Shown one piece after another: positions 1 to 11,800 of a DNA stretch of 64,000 nucleotides (positions within the stretch are counted from its first letter, which is position 1; every line of letters starts with the position of its first letter). The stretch spans positions 32,116,001 through 32,180,000 of the forward strand of contig CM114271.1 in assembly GCA_050084515.1 (NCBI GenBank), in the 5' to 3' direction. The translations under genes were made by a program, and so were the position numbers. Source of the stretch: Blasia pusilla (taxonomy: Eukaryota). The notes below the pieces were generated by a model. That model did no database searches. It saw nothing but the letters and a program-made list of their open reading frames with translations, and was not told where the DNA came from.

Positions 1-170
1 GCAGAAACTCAAATCTCTCACAACTTCGTTTCTGTAACTTGGTTGGCCTTAAAATTTGCAGTGCTAAGGTGTCATTCCTTGTCTCCTCAAAATCTCAGCT
101 TCATGTGACACTTCACCTGAAAGATAAGGCATCCGCAAGATTCACATCTGAAATCTTCAAATGTAGAGAT
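1..170 (-). repeat. Partial ~177-bp monomer of the LINE 5' tandem array (another piece at ~273-350)
   Basis: Same sequence (aaactcaaatctctcacaacttcg...ccgcaagattcacatctgaaatc) as the arrays at 28520-29010, 40905-41930, 46890-47400 and 55500-56010. Confidence 0.8.
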
Positions 171-220
171 CAGTGTTGCCGGTGGTCTTATATGTAATCC
201 AAGTTTGGAGCCCTAGTTGT

Positions 221-272
221 AATGATAAATGGTAAATAGATCAAGCCCATGGAACCCAAAGGGTCAAAAGGT
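221..272 (-). mobile_element. Very short 5'-truncated LINE 3' end inserted in another LINE fragment
   Basis: Reverse complement of the LINE terminus ccttttgaccctttgggt..gcttgatctatttaccatt (compare 46507-46555). Confidence 0.75.
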
Positions 273-350
273 TCAGATCTGAAATCCTCAAATTCAGATT
301 CAGATCGAAAATCCTCTAATCTAAAAGAGCAGAAACTCAAATATCTCACA

Positions 351-890
351 ACTATCAAAAACACTGCATCTAAGTTCTTTTCGCGGCACGGGAATAGAAG
401 TGATGTATAGGAGGTTACCTTATAATGGGTGGTTTGACTCTGAATGCAAGCAAGCAAGGATTAGATCAGTAGATAAATCTTTGGATATCCAAAGTCGGCT
501 TATTTTGACGAGCCTTTACAAATACTTGGTGAAATCTAAGAAATAATCTTTCTTGCGGCGGAAGCAAGAGTCCTTGACAAGAGAGCTGCATGACAACCCC
601 AAATCATTTCGGAGATGCTTAGTAGTACGGTCTTATAAAACCTACTCTTGATCCCAAGTCTTTGATATCTTTTGCCGAAAAGCTCTATTTCTTCCCCGAT
701 ACTACATCTATGCCACGTTGTGAAGGAATACCTCGCTTATTTTCTGAAGCAGAGGTTATGACTCAACTAAGAAGATTAGCAAATGGTAAATGTGAGGATT
801 TGGATGGTCTTTCTATTGAACTTTTCAAGTGTGGAGGAGATTCTATTGGACCGATCCTCACCAAAGTCTTGGGTGATGCTGCTACCTATC
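351..890 (+). pseudogene. LINE ORF2 fragment (endonuclease-RT linker)
   Basis: ORF 662-946 (ISFAEKLYFFPDTTSMPRCEGIPRLFSEAEVMTQLRRLANGKCEDLDGLSIELFK) is near-identical to ORF 44503 onward; contains stops. Confidence 0.85.
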
Positions 891-1470
891 ATGTCCAAAG
901 AGGAATTTCCTTTGACAATGAGAGAGTAAACAAAAGAGGTGCATGATCTTATTTGGGCTAAGGTTCTAAAATATCAAATGTAGAGATAAGAGAGTTATTA
1001 GCGGGCGAGGACAGAAGATAATCGATGGTACTAGCGCCGATAGAGGAGAAACACATATTGGAGTGAAAGATGGGAAAATGAGAGGTTCCATTAAGAACTT
1101 TAAAATTACAAGTGACTCCGAAAGTTTAAAAAAATGCTTTGTCAAAGGATTTGTAGAAAGATCTGAAGACATTCTAGACCACAAACCATCCTCATGTTCT
1201 TCGAGAAGAGCAGAAGTCAAGGAATCACTAAATTGGGTAAATTAAGCAATATGTATGCAAGCATTGAAATCCCCAACTAGAAAGACTTCACCTTTGCTTT
1301 GATATTTGAGAACATCTCCAATAAGTTGATGAAACGGTTGACTCCAATTTCAAGTGCGTGTTGAGTAGATAGGCATGGATAGTGGTGCAAAATCACAAAC
1401 TGTCAAAAAACAATAAGATCCCCCAACCAAACGAAGACATAGCCAATGATATTGGCCCTCGATATCTTGA
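891..1470 (-). pseudogene. LINE ORF2 APE endonuclease fragment; left part of the host LINE split by the Mutator-like element
   Basis: Matches 43040-43570 (GEVFLVGDFNA motif region); continues at 14298 after the TSD. Confidence 0.85.
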
Positions 1471-1871
1471 GGTGCGGTAAGAGGAGAGGAAGAGAGGAAG
1501 AGAGGAGAGAGGAGAGAGGAAACTACCTTCAACCGAAATAGATACTTTTTTTTGAAGAGAATTTCCGTTGGGTTGAAGAGAGGAAACTTTTTGTGTGAAT
1601 ATTTTAGCACTTTTTTGTTCATTTATTAAACAATCCCACAGTTTTTTTTTCCTCTTCCATATTTTGGCAACCCCTGTGAGTCCGACGAGTTGCAAATTGC
1701 TCAAAATTTAGAAAACTGAAAAATCAGTGGAATCATAAGTGTGGAACCAATCACTTTTTCCATCCAAGGTCAGGAAAAAATCTATCATTTGCCCCGGGCT
1801 GAATAGAGTTCAAGCTCAAGGTGAAGGTTGAGGAAAAATAAAAATACAATCTAAAACCTCATTTTGCATCC

Positions 1872-4800
1872 TCAAAGTGGTTTGTTTAAAATACTTCGCA
1901 CTTCTTTGAGGGACAGAATTGGTTGGTGGATTCCTACTCCTACCTCCGACTCTCTTAAAACTACCAGCAACACATAGTACATGTGCTTACAAGGGAAATA
2001 CCTTTTGCCACTTGTCTCTCTTTGGACAAAGTCATCACATGAACATGTGGGAAAGCAACAAATGTGCACCACATACACCCCTGTGACACTTGAATTTACA
2101 GTGTTGTTCCTGACCCAATACATCCTTCCTATTCCATTGCCACTCAAGACATCTTTCGTGGCGATGATCTCCATTTTTGCCTCCCGAGCTGATGCAATTC
2201 GCTTTGCTCTCTCCACCGTTGGCCTGCACATTCTGTTTCTCTTCACCCCATTTCTAGACTCAAACAGAATTAATGGATTGAGATCAAACAGAATTAATGG
2301 ATTGAGATCATCCACCTTCTCCGGGTACATGTTGATATCAATCTTGGGTTGAATACGAAATGCGAAGGTCTCTATAATGCGAACATGCTCCGAACTTCCC
2401 CCGTCTACGAGTTTGAAACCGGCACTTGTAAGATTGTCCACTTCGTCTTGAGTGCAGTTCGTGCCTGCGGCGATGGGCCAAATCGTGGGGGTATTCCCGG
2501 GAGCTCCAATGGCAGCCTAAAAAAAACTTCCGGAAAGCGCAAGATTCATTTGGGCAGAAGAAGTACTTCAATTGATCCCCGGTCCTCGTGAAACGATCAA
2601 AGGTTTTGAGTCCCCAAAACCCAGGCAGAGGTCGTCCAGTCCTTGTACAGTTCTTATTTAGGAAAGTGCCGCATGCTCTCCTAATGCCATCAGATCCTGC
2701 CCTGCAGGTGGGTCCACGTCCTGGGTTGCTCCGAGATATATGCCACCGTTTTAGGTTGCAATCCACCTCCATTACCGGAATCCCATATTGTTGAACCACC
2801 CCAGTGATAGGATGTTGCGAACTTCCAGCAACGGAGGGCTTTTGAAATAAAACATTCACTGATTTTGGAGAAGTAACTCCATCACGGATTTGGGACGGGT
2901 CCGGGGTCCCCGAATACCTGGGCGGTGTAATTTCCTCATCCAAATCAATCACCGGATTCGTTCCTCGATGCTGCCTCTTCACCTGCCTGAAGTCAAGATA
3001 CTTATCTGGTCTCCACGAGTCTCGTTCGGACTGCTCTACCACCATCTGTATGGGATGTCTTGAAACCCGCCCACGAATATCCCCACCAATGTGTACGTCT
3101 TGCTCGAGTGGAGTTCCAACTACGCACCGGTTGAAGGCTTCGACATACAATTTTTCATCACCAGATCTCACAGCCGCCCTGACATAGAGCTCGTAGATCG
3201 ACGGCCCTTTTCCTTTTGTTATGCCTTTTGTGAGAAAGATATGGGATGCTGCAGACTGTAGCATTGCTCTTGCCTGGTCTTGTTGGCATGCCTCCACAAG
3301 TGAAATTCGTTGGCATGCTTGTGACGACCTCCAAGAGGAATGAACACTTTCTGCTCCACTTGTGTTGGGGCAGAGGGCATTTTCATGAACGTTCAATCCC
3401 TGCAACGACGGCAATGTTAGAAGGGAACGAAAATAACCCAGGAGTCAAAGAAATAAGGGACCTGTCGGAACCAGACGGGTTGTAGGCCCGAGGGATCCCA
3501 TGAATGACTCTGCGACCCGTCGGGTCCCGACGTGTTGTAACCTTAAACCCACCAACTGCAACCCGTCGGAACCTGACGGGTTGCAAGGCCGAGGCATCCC
3601 ATGAACGACTCTGTGACCCGTCGGGTCCCGAATGGTTGCACACTTGGGACGACACCAAACATCTGGATGCAACCCGTCGGTTTCCGTCAGGTTGCACCCT
3701 TGGGCAACCCATCGGTTTCCGTCGGGTTGCACACTCGGGCAACCCGTCGGTTTCCGTCGAGTTGCATACTCGGGCAACCCGTCGGTTTCCGTCGGGTTGC
3801 ACACTCGGGAAATTCGTCGCATCCGACAGCTTGCTTGGTTTCTTGGGTTTGAAATCCATATAATTCCCACGCTTCTCACCCTGAGCTTCAACTTTACAAA
3901 CAATTCTCAGCGTGAGCTTGACAAGAAAAAATAGTGAACTCACCTGCCGCATGAAGTTTCCCCATTGTCTCATACGTACAGTCCACCAACTCAACCAAGA
4001 GCACAACTCTTTGTACTTCCCCTCAATCGCATGCTTCCTCCACCACCCATGAAGTTCTTCCTGGCAGTCCATGGCCTGCTTCAAGGTTTTGCTGTCCTTG
4101 CAGCGTTGGAGTAGAGTGACATGCTCTGTCCTCTTATTCTCCTTGATGCAAGATTTGGTGTACCGGGTCACAGACTGTTGCCAATGGAAAGCATCCGACC
4201 TTTCCCTCTCAGGTTGAACCTCTCCACCCCAGAACACTTCCCGGATAGCAATCCACCCAGGTTGTGCATTGTCCGCCATGAACCCATAAATTTCCGGAGG
4301 TGGCCTTTTGTTTTCCTTCACCACCTCCAATAAGAGTAACCAGCACATCTTCAAACTGCCAACATCTTCTGCCTTTACTTCACACACAAATATAGTTTTG
4401 AGTCCCTTCTCCACATGGTCATAAACGTGAGCACCCATCGTCAACCATCCGTTCAGCACTCTGTAGCAAATATCAAAGCTGACCCAGCTCCCGTAAAGAT
4501 CTTCCCCTTCCCTCATTCGATCTATAAGATCGAGGCCACTCGACGGACCTGTGGTTGACATTTTGAAGACATAGGCCCTGGATCCCTCGCCTCCTTGGCC
4601 CATGAACTGCCATCTCTGAATGAATGGAAATCTGGAGTTGGCCTTGATTCTGGCGATGGCATCCATTTCGGCCGTCTTTCCATCCAGAACTCGTATCTGA
4701 CGCAGCAAATTCCGGAAGCATTCAGGATCAGCGAGAAATGCGAGATTTTCCCAGAGTTGTTTCTCCTCAACCGCCGTGATCTCGCCCTGTCCAGGGATTC

Positions 4801-5955
4801 CAAGCAATTGTTCACAAATTTGTGATGCCGTTGTGAGCTTGATCACCCCGGGCTTTGAACCCGGAGAGTTTCTGAAGACCTCGGCTACTTTCTTCGCCAC
4901 ATCCTCCTTGATGTGTCTTTGAATTGCATTGGTCACAGGATGAGTGTGGGAGCCAACATGAACTGCCAGCCTTGTATACTCTGACGTGGAACCCAAGTCA
5001 TGGATAATGAAAAATATGTATGCAGGACACGCCGAACGCAGAAGGGCGATGCCTGACAATGAGGACATCGATGGCCTCCCGGCGGTATTGTGGCACCCAC
5101 CTCGTATGGAGTTTCTGCATTCTTGGGGGGGAATTGCGACGTATTGACTCGCCCGTTGCGCTCTAGATACGGGCATGCTGGACTTCTACACTCCAAGGCT
5201 CCCACGCATTGGCGGCGGGAGACAATCCAAGGACCATCTGGGATGGAAGCACTGGTCCGTTGAAGCCTGCACCATCGATGACAATCAGACTTTCTGTCCA
5301 TACCCTTCAGGCGTCCTCCATCCTTCTTTTGAGCAGGAGCAGCAAGTGGAGGCAACTCAAAAATGCAGTTACCATCGTACGTGGGCGGCAGCTCGTCGAC
5401 AAGAATATGCTTGAACATTTTCAAGGGCAGAGACGAAAGCAAACTATTGCCTGATACTCGCAAGAGGAACGAGTAGGCGGACACAGGGCCCGATTGGTGT
5501 CCGACAGATCCGCTGAGGTTGATAACATCCGGAATCTCTTCAGGAAGAACAACATTGTTACGAGTGTGCGAAGTTGGAGTCGAAGCCGGATCTGCAGAGC
5601 TTGGAGTTGCAAACGTAGAGCTCGGAGCACTAGGAAATTCTAGACCGTCTACTTGGGAAACAGACGAATTCAGGGGCAGGCCGTAAACTCTGTATTGACC
5701 ATTTGCGACAGGTAGGAGATTCCATACTTTACGGTCTGAGGTCACTGGCTGGACCGTCTCACCTATTATGTCTTCCGTACCTTCCACCCTAACATCTTTG
5801 GATACAAAGATGGTTCCAATTTGAAGAAGAAATCGAACAGACAGAAAATTTTCATCCACTGCTACGAAAGACTCACGAGCTTGGGGTCGAATGATTTCTG
5901 ATTGAGGAAGGGCCGCCAGATGACTGCCACAAGTGAGCTTAACATAATTATCCAT
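1872..5955 (-). pseudogene. MULE-type DDE transposase with N-terminal GCM/WRKY-like zinc region and C-terminal SWIM finger (exons 5955-3944 and 3399-1872; frameshifts near 5040 and 2520)
   Basis: Motifs CVGALECRSPACP..CPHC..CPAY..HVGSHTHP; WVSFDICY (D1); GFMADNA (D2); RSDAFHW (CxxH position); TSGAESVH (E); CSCDDF..PCKH (SWIM). GT-AG intron 3943-3400 joins FMRQ|GLNV in frame. Confidence 0.8.
3460..3830. repeat. Array of 27-bp palindromes inside the transposase intron (partly 35-bp period)
   Basis: About 8 copies of gcaacccgtcgg-nnn-ccgacgggttgc variants. Confidence 0.9.
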
Positions 5956-6164
5956 TCCAAGAAGATTCCTACGGGAGGAGACCGAGAATGAGAATGAGAA
6001 TATTTAATTTATAGTGAATAGGAAACAGATACTCCTGACAGATTTTTACTGACAAGATGAATTCGGTGGGGGAGATTGTCTGACACAATGGATCCAATTC
6101 TGTAACACATTCAATTGTGTTGCAATATGTTACCGGATTTGGGAAGCAGAGGGTTGCGCATCAC

Positions 6165-6845
6165 TTGGAACCCGTCGGAGTCCTGGTAACTCAGAAATTA
6201 CCCGAAGCTTACCGAAGCCTGCAACCCGTCGGCATCGGACGGGTTGCACGCTTCTGCTAAACATTGTCGAAGCGAGCAACCCGTCGCTCTCCGACGACTT
6301 GCTGGGATACCGCTCCTTCTTGCTCGAAGATGCCGGAGGGGTGCAAACCGTCTGTTCCCGGCGAGGCGTGCAACCCGTCGCCGTCCAACGGGTTGCGCAA
6401 GGGCGTCGCCTTGTGGTGCAGCCAGCCAGACTTCGACGACTTGCACGGGAAGCCATCGTTCCTAACCCTTGATAAGGGAAGCCTGCAACCCAACAGTCTC
6501 CGACGGATTGCCCAAAATACGTCCCGTTCCCGTCCCAAACACGGCGGAGGCGCGCAACATGTCGGTCTCCGACGGCTTGCGCGGGTACCTCGCGTGGTTT
6601 TCCGAAGACGACGGAGGCGCTCAACCCGTTGGTCTCCGACGGGTTGCTCGCGCACATGGCGACGTTCGCAGGATGGCGGAGGCACGCAACATGTCGGTCT
6701 CCAACGGGTTGCGCGGGTACCTCGCGTTCTTTTCCGAAGACGACGGAGGCGCTCAACCCGTCGGGCTCCGACGGGTTGCTCGCGCACGTGGCGACGTACC
6801 CAGGATGGCGGAGCCGCGCAACCTGTCGGACTCCGACGGGTTGCA
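6165..6845. repeat. Palindrome array in the divergent intergenic/promoter region
   Basis: About 9 copies of the same motif, partly within a ~132-bp tandem duplication (about 6540-6810). Confidence 0.9.
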
Positions 6846-6933
6846 ATTTTTCACGTCCGGACTTCCGTAACATTCGGCACGTCGCCGTCGAAAGGACGAT
6901 GGGACCCAACGGTCAGCCCAACGGCTAGAAAAG

Positions 6934-6941
6934 TATAAATA
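6934..6941 (+). promoter_or_regulatory. TATA box of the ParB-MTase gene
   Basis: TATAAATA followed by a pyrimidine-rich leader, ~280 bp upstream of the ATG at 7216. Confidence 0.5.
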
Positions 6942-8434
6942 GGGCAGAAGTCGCTCATTTCCGGTTTCTCATTTCGCGATCTTCATTCCTCACTCCTCAC
7001 TCTCCCGCGCAGCAGCTGATCAGATACGAAGGGGCATTTCACGCGGCGACACATCGCGAGTCGATAGGACGGAACGAGAGCGAGACGGTTCGACCGAGCG
7101 ATATCGGGACGATTCGAGCTAACCACCAAGGCGAGACGAGCTCCCATCTCGACATCAGCAAGGCGACTGATCAAGGGATTCATCGTGGACATAGGCGGAG
7201 GCATTTCCGGCAAAAATGAAGAGGAAAATAACAAAAGCCAACAAGTCCGGGAGCTTCACTCCCAAGTCCATTAGGACTCCTGCGTCAGCTTCTCCTGCGC
7301 CTCGTTCGGCGAATGAAATTAGGCAGCAGGAAATCGAGGAGCGGGAAAGGGAAGCGGAGATGCACAACCAAGTGCTTCTGGCGAGACGTGTTCAAGCGGC
7401 GCTAGATAAACAGAACGAAGAGGCCGAGACGTCGCAGGCCTTGAAGAAAAGGATCGCCGACGAAAAGAGAGAAAAGAAGCGTCTGGACGCGTCGGTGAGG
7501 AGGGCGGAATTGGCTAAAGCGAGGCGGGAAAAAGCGATAGCCATTGACGATAGCCCAGCCCATCCAACCGCAAGTGTTGAGATGCGGGAAATGTTGGAAT
7601 CCCCGCGAAGTCCGGGGACACAATCAACATAGTGGAAACAACACCAGTTCAACTCGATGACGACGAGGTCATGAGGACCGCCAGCGTGGAGATGGTGGAC
7701 ATGGCGGAAGAAGCCGGAGAGCGGTCATTCTCGACTCCAAGCCCGGCGGAGGACATCGACCTCTATCGGATCGACGAGTTCCCAGTCGATTTGCCAGCCC
7801 CTGTCTCAGACAAGTTAGCTGGTCAAGAAACCGACTCCATTTTCGAGCGGGTAAGAGAGGTTCTGGGTTTTTTTAATTATGTGAATTGCAATTCATTGGG
7901 ATTTCAGTGTAGCTTATTCCTCTTGTCCCGGTTCTGACAGGTGGTAAAGCAGATGGCACTCATGGAGGGCCACAACGCCCCGAGGATTCCACTCTGCCGA
8001 TTAAGGACAATGGAATACGTCCGCGAAATACAGTCCGACGAGGACATCGCAAAGCTAAAACAATCGGCGGCGACAGCATCCTACGTGGACAGTTTTCCTC
8101 CCTTCTATGTTCAGCCTTACGACGAGCATGGAACCCAAGCTCTGGTTACCGAGGAGGACTTGGAAAATCTCGACACATTCTGGAGGATGCGAGACCAGGA
8201 CTTCAGAAGGCAAGTTGAGGGCACGGAATTCAGCTGGATGAGGAATCTGCATTTCTTCATCTGGGATGGAAATCACAGGTTCATGGCGTGGACCAAGTTT
8301 GCGGAGGAGCGCCCCAACTCATTGGAGGCACATTTCTGCGTGAAGGCAGTGGTCCTTCACCCATACCCTCATCACATGGCGACGGTGGAGATGGCAATGC
8401 ATGCCATGAACACGTAAGTATCTTTAACACTTTC

Positions 8435-9350
8435 GCAACTCGTCGGACTCCGACGAGTTGCTCGATTGATGAATGGGTTAGGTTTGTTTAGGCAGAAAGC
8501 AACTCGTCGGACTCCGACGGGTTGCTAGACTGCACGGTTTTCCGAATGTCTTTTTAAGATTGACACTCGTCGGACTCCGACGACTTGTTTGATGGAACAT
8601 AGATTTAACTAGTTTTTGGCCCAAAGCAAACCGCCGAGTCCGCGGGTTGCTGACAAAGTCGCCTTGTGAGGTTGTTTTTAAGAATGCAACTCGTCGGACT
8701 CCGACGAGTTGCTCGAGTGACTGCAGGTTTAGAAGGTTTTTGCCCCAAAGCAACCCGTCGGAGTCCGACGGGTTGCTTGCCTCGAAACTGTTTTTGGCCG
8801 AAATCAACCCGTCGGACTCGGACGGGTTGATTAGGGAAAAATAGCTTCGAGGCAAGCAACCCGTCGGACTCCGACGGGTTGCTTTGGGGCAAAACCTTCT
8901 AAACCTGCAGATCCTCGAGCAACTCGTCGGAGTCCGACGAGTTGCATTCTTAAAAACAACCTCACAAGGCGCCTATCAGCAAGCCGTCGGACTCCGGACG
9001 GTTTGCTTTGGGCCAACAACTTGTTAAATCTATGTTCAATCATACAAGTCGTCGGAGTCCGACGAGTTGCAATCTTAAAAAAACATCCGAAAAAGCGTGC
9101 AGTCCAGCAACCCGTCGGAGTCCGACGAGTTGCTTACCTGGCATTAGCAAATCTGAATGCAACCCGTCGGACTCCGACGGGTTGCTGGACTGCACACTTT
9201 TTCGGATGTTTTTTTAAGATTGCAACTCGTCGGACTCCGACGACTTGCTAGAATCCGACCCTGAGCTGTGACGACCCGTCGGAGTCCGACGGGTTGCTAG
9301 AATCCGACCCTGAGCTGTGACGACCCGTCGGAGTCCGACGGATTGCAGGA
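8435..9350. repeat. Palindrome array in intron 2 of the ParB-MTase gene, itself forming a long fold-back
   Basis: About 16 copies, mostly 50-65 bp apart; the region ~8500-8800 is inverted at ~8845-9135. Confidence 0.9.
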
Positions 9351-11504
9351 ACCCATGTAATTTCCTGACGGGTTGAGTTTGGATGTGCAGGATTGTATCG
9401 GAGGGGAATGTTACCCACCATTGGATCCAGGACTGCGATCGGGTGAGGAAGGTGCTTACGACGCACCCGGGAGAGTAGAGGGGGTTCTTGGGCGATGCCC
9501 TTGTCAATCAAATGCTTGCAAAGGGTGCTCAAATTAAGAAGAAAACTTGGGCAAACAAGTTTATTTCTCAAGATGCAGCCGTAACCATCCTTTGCTGGTC
9601 AAAGATACAGGCCGCGAAGAAAAGCGCTGCACTGGAGCTGGAGCGGAGGGAGAAGGTATCTGCGTCTGAGCGCGCCAAATTCATCCAAGCTGCTGTATCT
9701 GCTGCAACGAAATACACGGCGAGCAAGATGCAGCGATACATCAGCATTCTCAACCCCGAACTTGGTCCGGAGTTCTACAAGGAGCTCAAGGCGATTATCA
9801 AGCGTCAGCGGAAGAGGGATGAAGATCCGCATGGTCGGATTGGGGAGAAAGTGTCGCTGGATCGCGTGCATCGTTTTGCGTTATCCGGGATTAGCGAGTT
9901 CAGGAGGATACGACTGATGAAAATCAGTCTCGAGGGCTCAGAGGCCCAGAAGAGGGCGGCACACCATCCTCCAGGTGTGTCCGATCCAGTGATCTCGCAT
10001 TGGCTACGCGAATGGTCGTTCTGGGACGCGTTGCGGGTAATCGGGAAGTCCGTGCTGGACGGTCTGCAAGCGGAGCTCAGAAGATTAGAGCCCATTCCGC
10101 CGGAAGCAAACCTTGAAAGTTCTGGAGATTACGAGGTTTGGCTCGACGACATCCGGGACAAGCCAACAAAAAACCCAGGATTCAAGACCATGTTCAAGGT
10201 TTGCGTCCTCCCTCAGGCAGAGCTTGACGAAGAAGTAGAGGGTAACAAACGGGATCAAGCGAAGAAGAAGCGAGATCTACAGGAGCAGACGGCCGATAAT
10301 GTTCGACTAAAAGCTGCCCAACGGATGGTATTCAGGTACCTCGTCCAGTGTAAGAACGCAGGTACGTGGGGAAAATTGCCGGTAGCCTTGAAATTGTGGG
10401 CTTCGCCGCCGGATGCAGAGACATTCTCCATGTACGACGTGGAGATGGGTCAGCACATGTCGGATTGGGAGGTGGAGAATTGCCCCATTTGGCTCGACTT
10501 CAACGACCCTGAAGACATCACGGATAAGGACTTACGAGTGCTTCATGATGCAGTGGCCTCAGGACAAGACGACATCCCCAATTTCGTCCAGCCTGAAGAC
10601 TTCTTCGGAGGAGATGCAGAAGAGCAGGCCCACGAGACAGCTGAGTTGGCTTCCAAGGTCCGGACAGCCAAAGACAAATCCACAGCGGGTCTCAAAGGCA
10701 AGGCGAGGGGAGGGAAAAATTCAGAGGCCGAGACTTCCCAAAGAGAGCCTGAAGATGAGAGGCCAGAGGCGGAATCGTCCGGACGAGCGGGAAGAGAGGG
10801 TCGGACCAGGTCCTCGGCGAAGAAAACGCCACCAGAATCCGAGGTCATCGAAACCCCGACAAGCCGTCCCCAGACTAGAGAGAAGCGGAAGCGAGAGGTG
10901 CCCGGGTTGTCCCAAGGAGAATACAGCCCATCATCCTTGGGAAGACACAGACAAACAACGACCCGGACAAGCGTCCTCCTTCAGTTCACCTCTTTACTGG
11001 ATGAGCTGAACAGCTTCAGTTCTCAAGCGTCGACAACTGCCATCGAAAAATTGACAACGCTGGGAAGGAAGCTCCAACGAAACGGGCACGCTGCCTGGAC
11101 GGTGAATGGAGTGGTGGAAGAGGTTGCGGTGGATCTCTTGATCGCCGATCTGCCCTCGGGGTTGCGACTTTGGGGCGAAAATCCGGCGGACGAGGTACCT
11201 GAGTGGAATCTGCCGCTCACTTATGACCAGATTGCACTTTTGTTCTCCTTTGCAGACGCCTATCTGAGTGACAGGGGCTGCTTCTTGGTGTTGACTGGAG
11301 GGAGCGAGGACGAGCTCTTCAACCTCCAGTGCGTCAAGAGGTCGCTAAAGTGGAGGACGGCACAATCATGGATCATCAAAAACGAGTACCCACTCCGATC
11401 CGCAACGAGTCAGATTCGGGTAAGGCTATATTCCTGTACAATAATTTCAATTATCTTATAATGATGTGTAGAATGAGAGTCAGTCTGGGTTTTTTTTGTC
11501 CGTG

Positions 11505-11800
11505 AGCAACCCGTCGGAAGGCGACGGGTTGCTGGCTTAGAGCAGCCCATGCTCGGCTGAGAGCAACCCGTCGGTTTCCGACGGGTTGCAGTTGATTTTG
11601 GTTTTTGGATGCAACCCGTCTAATAGCGACGGGTTGCTCTCAGGCGAGCATGGGCTGGTCTAGGCCAGCAACCCGTCGCCTTCCGACGGGTTGCATCCGA
11701 AAACCAAAATCAACTTGGAAAACCCAAAAGCAACTGCAACCCGTCGGGTTCCGACGGGTGGGTCCGGGACAAAACAACCCGTCGGACTCCGACAGGTTGA
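11505..11800. repeat. Palindrome array in intron 3 of the ParB-MTase gene
   Basis: About 6 copies; further half or whole copies at 12613-12760 and subterminally at 1667-1693. Confidence 0.9.

Noticed and set aside
6130-6938. Several long overlapping ORFs (up to 259 aa)
   Set aside because: Products of GC-rich, stop-poor palindromic repeats (ATRR/NPS/QPVG peptides); the same applies to ORFs at 3445-3934, 8478-9571, 11605-11854 and 19590-20123.
8435-9350. CRISPR array (27-bp palindromic repeats with ~35-bp spacers)
   Set aside because: It lies in a spliceosomal intron, spacers are duplicated or inverted copies of each other, the same repeat is scattered through the element, and no cas genes or leader are present.
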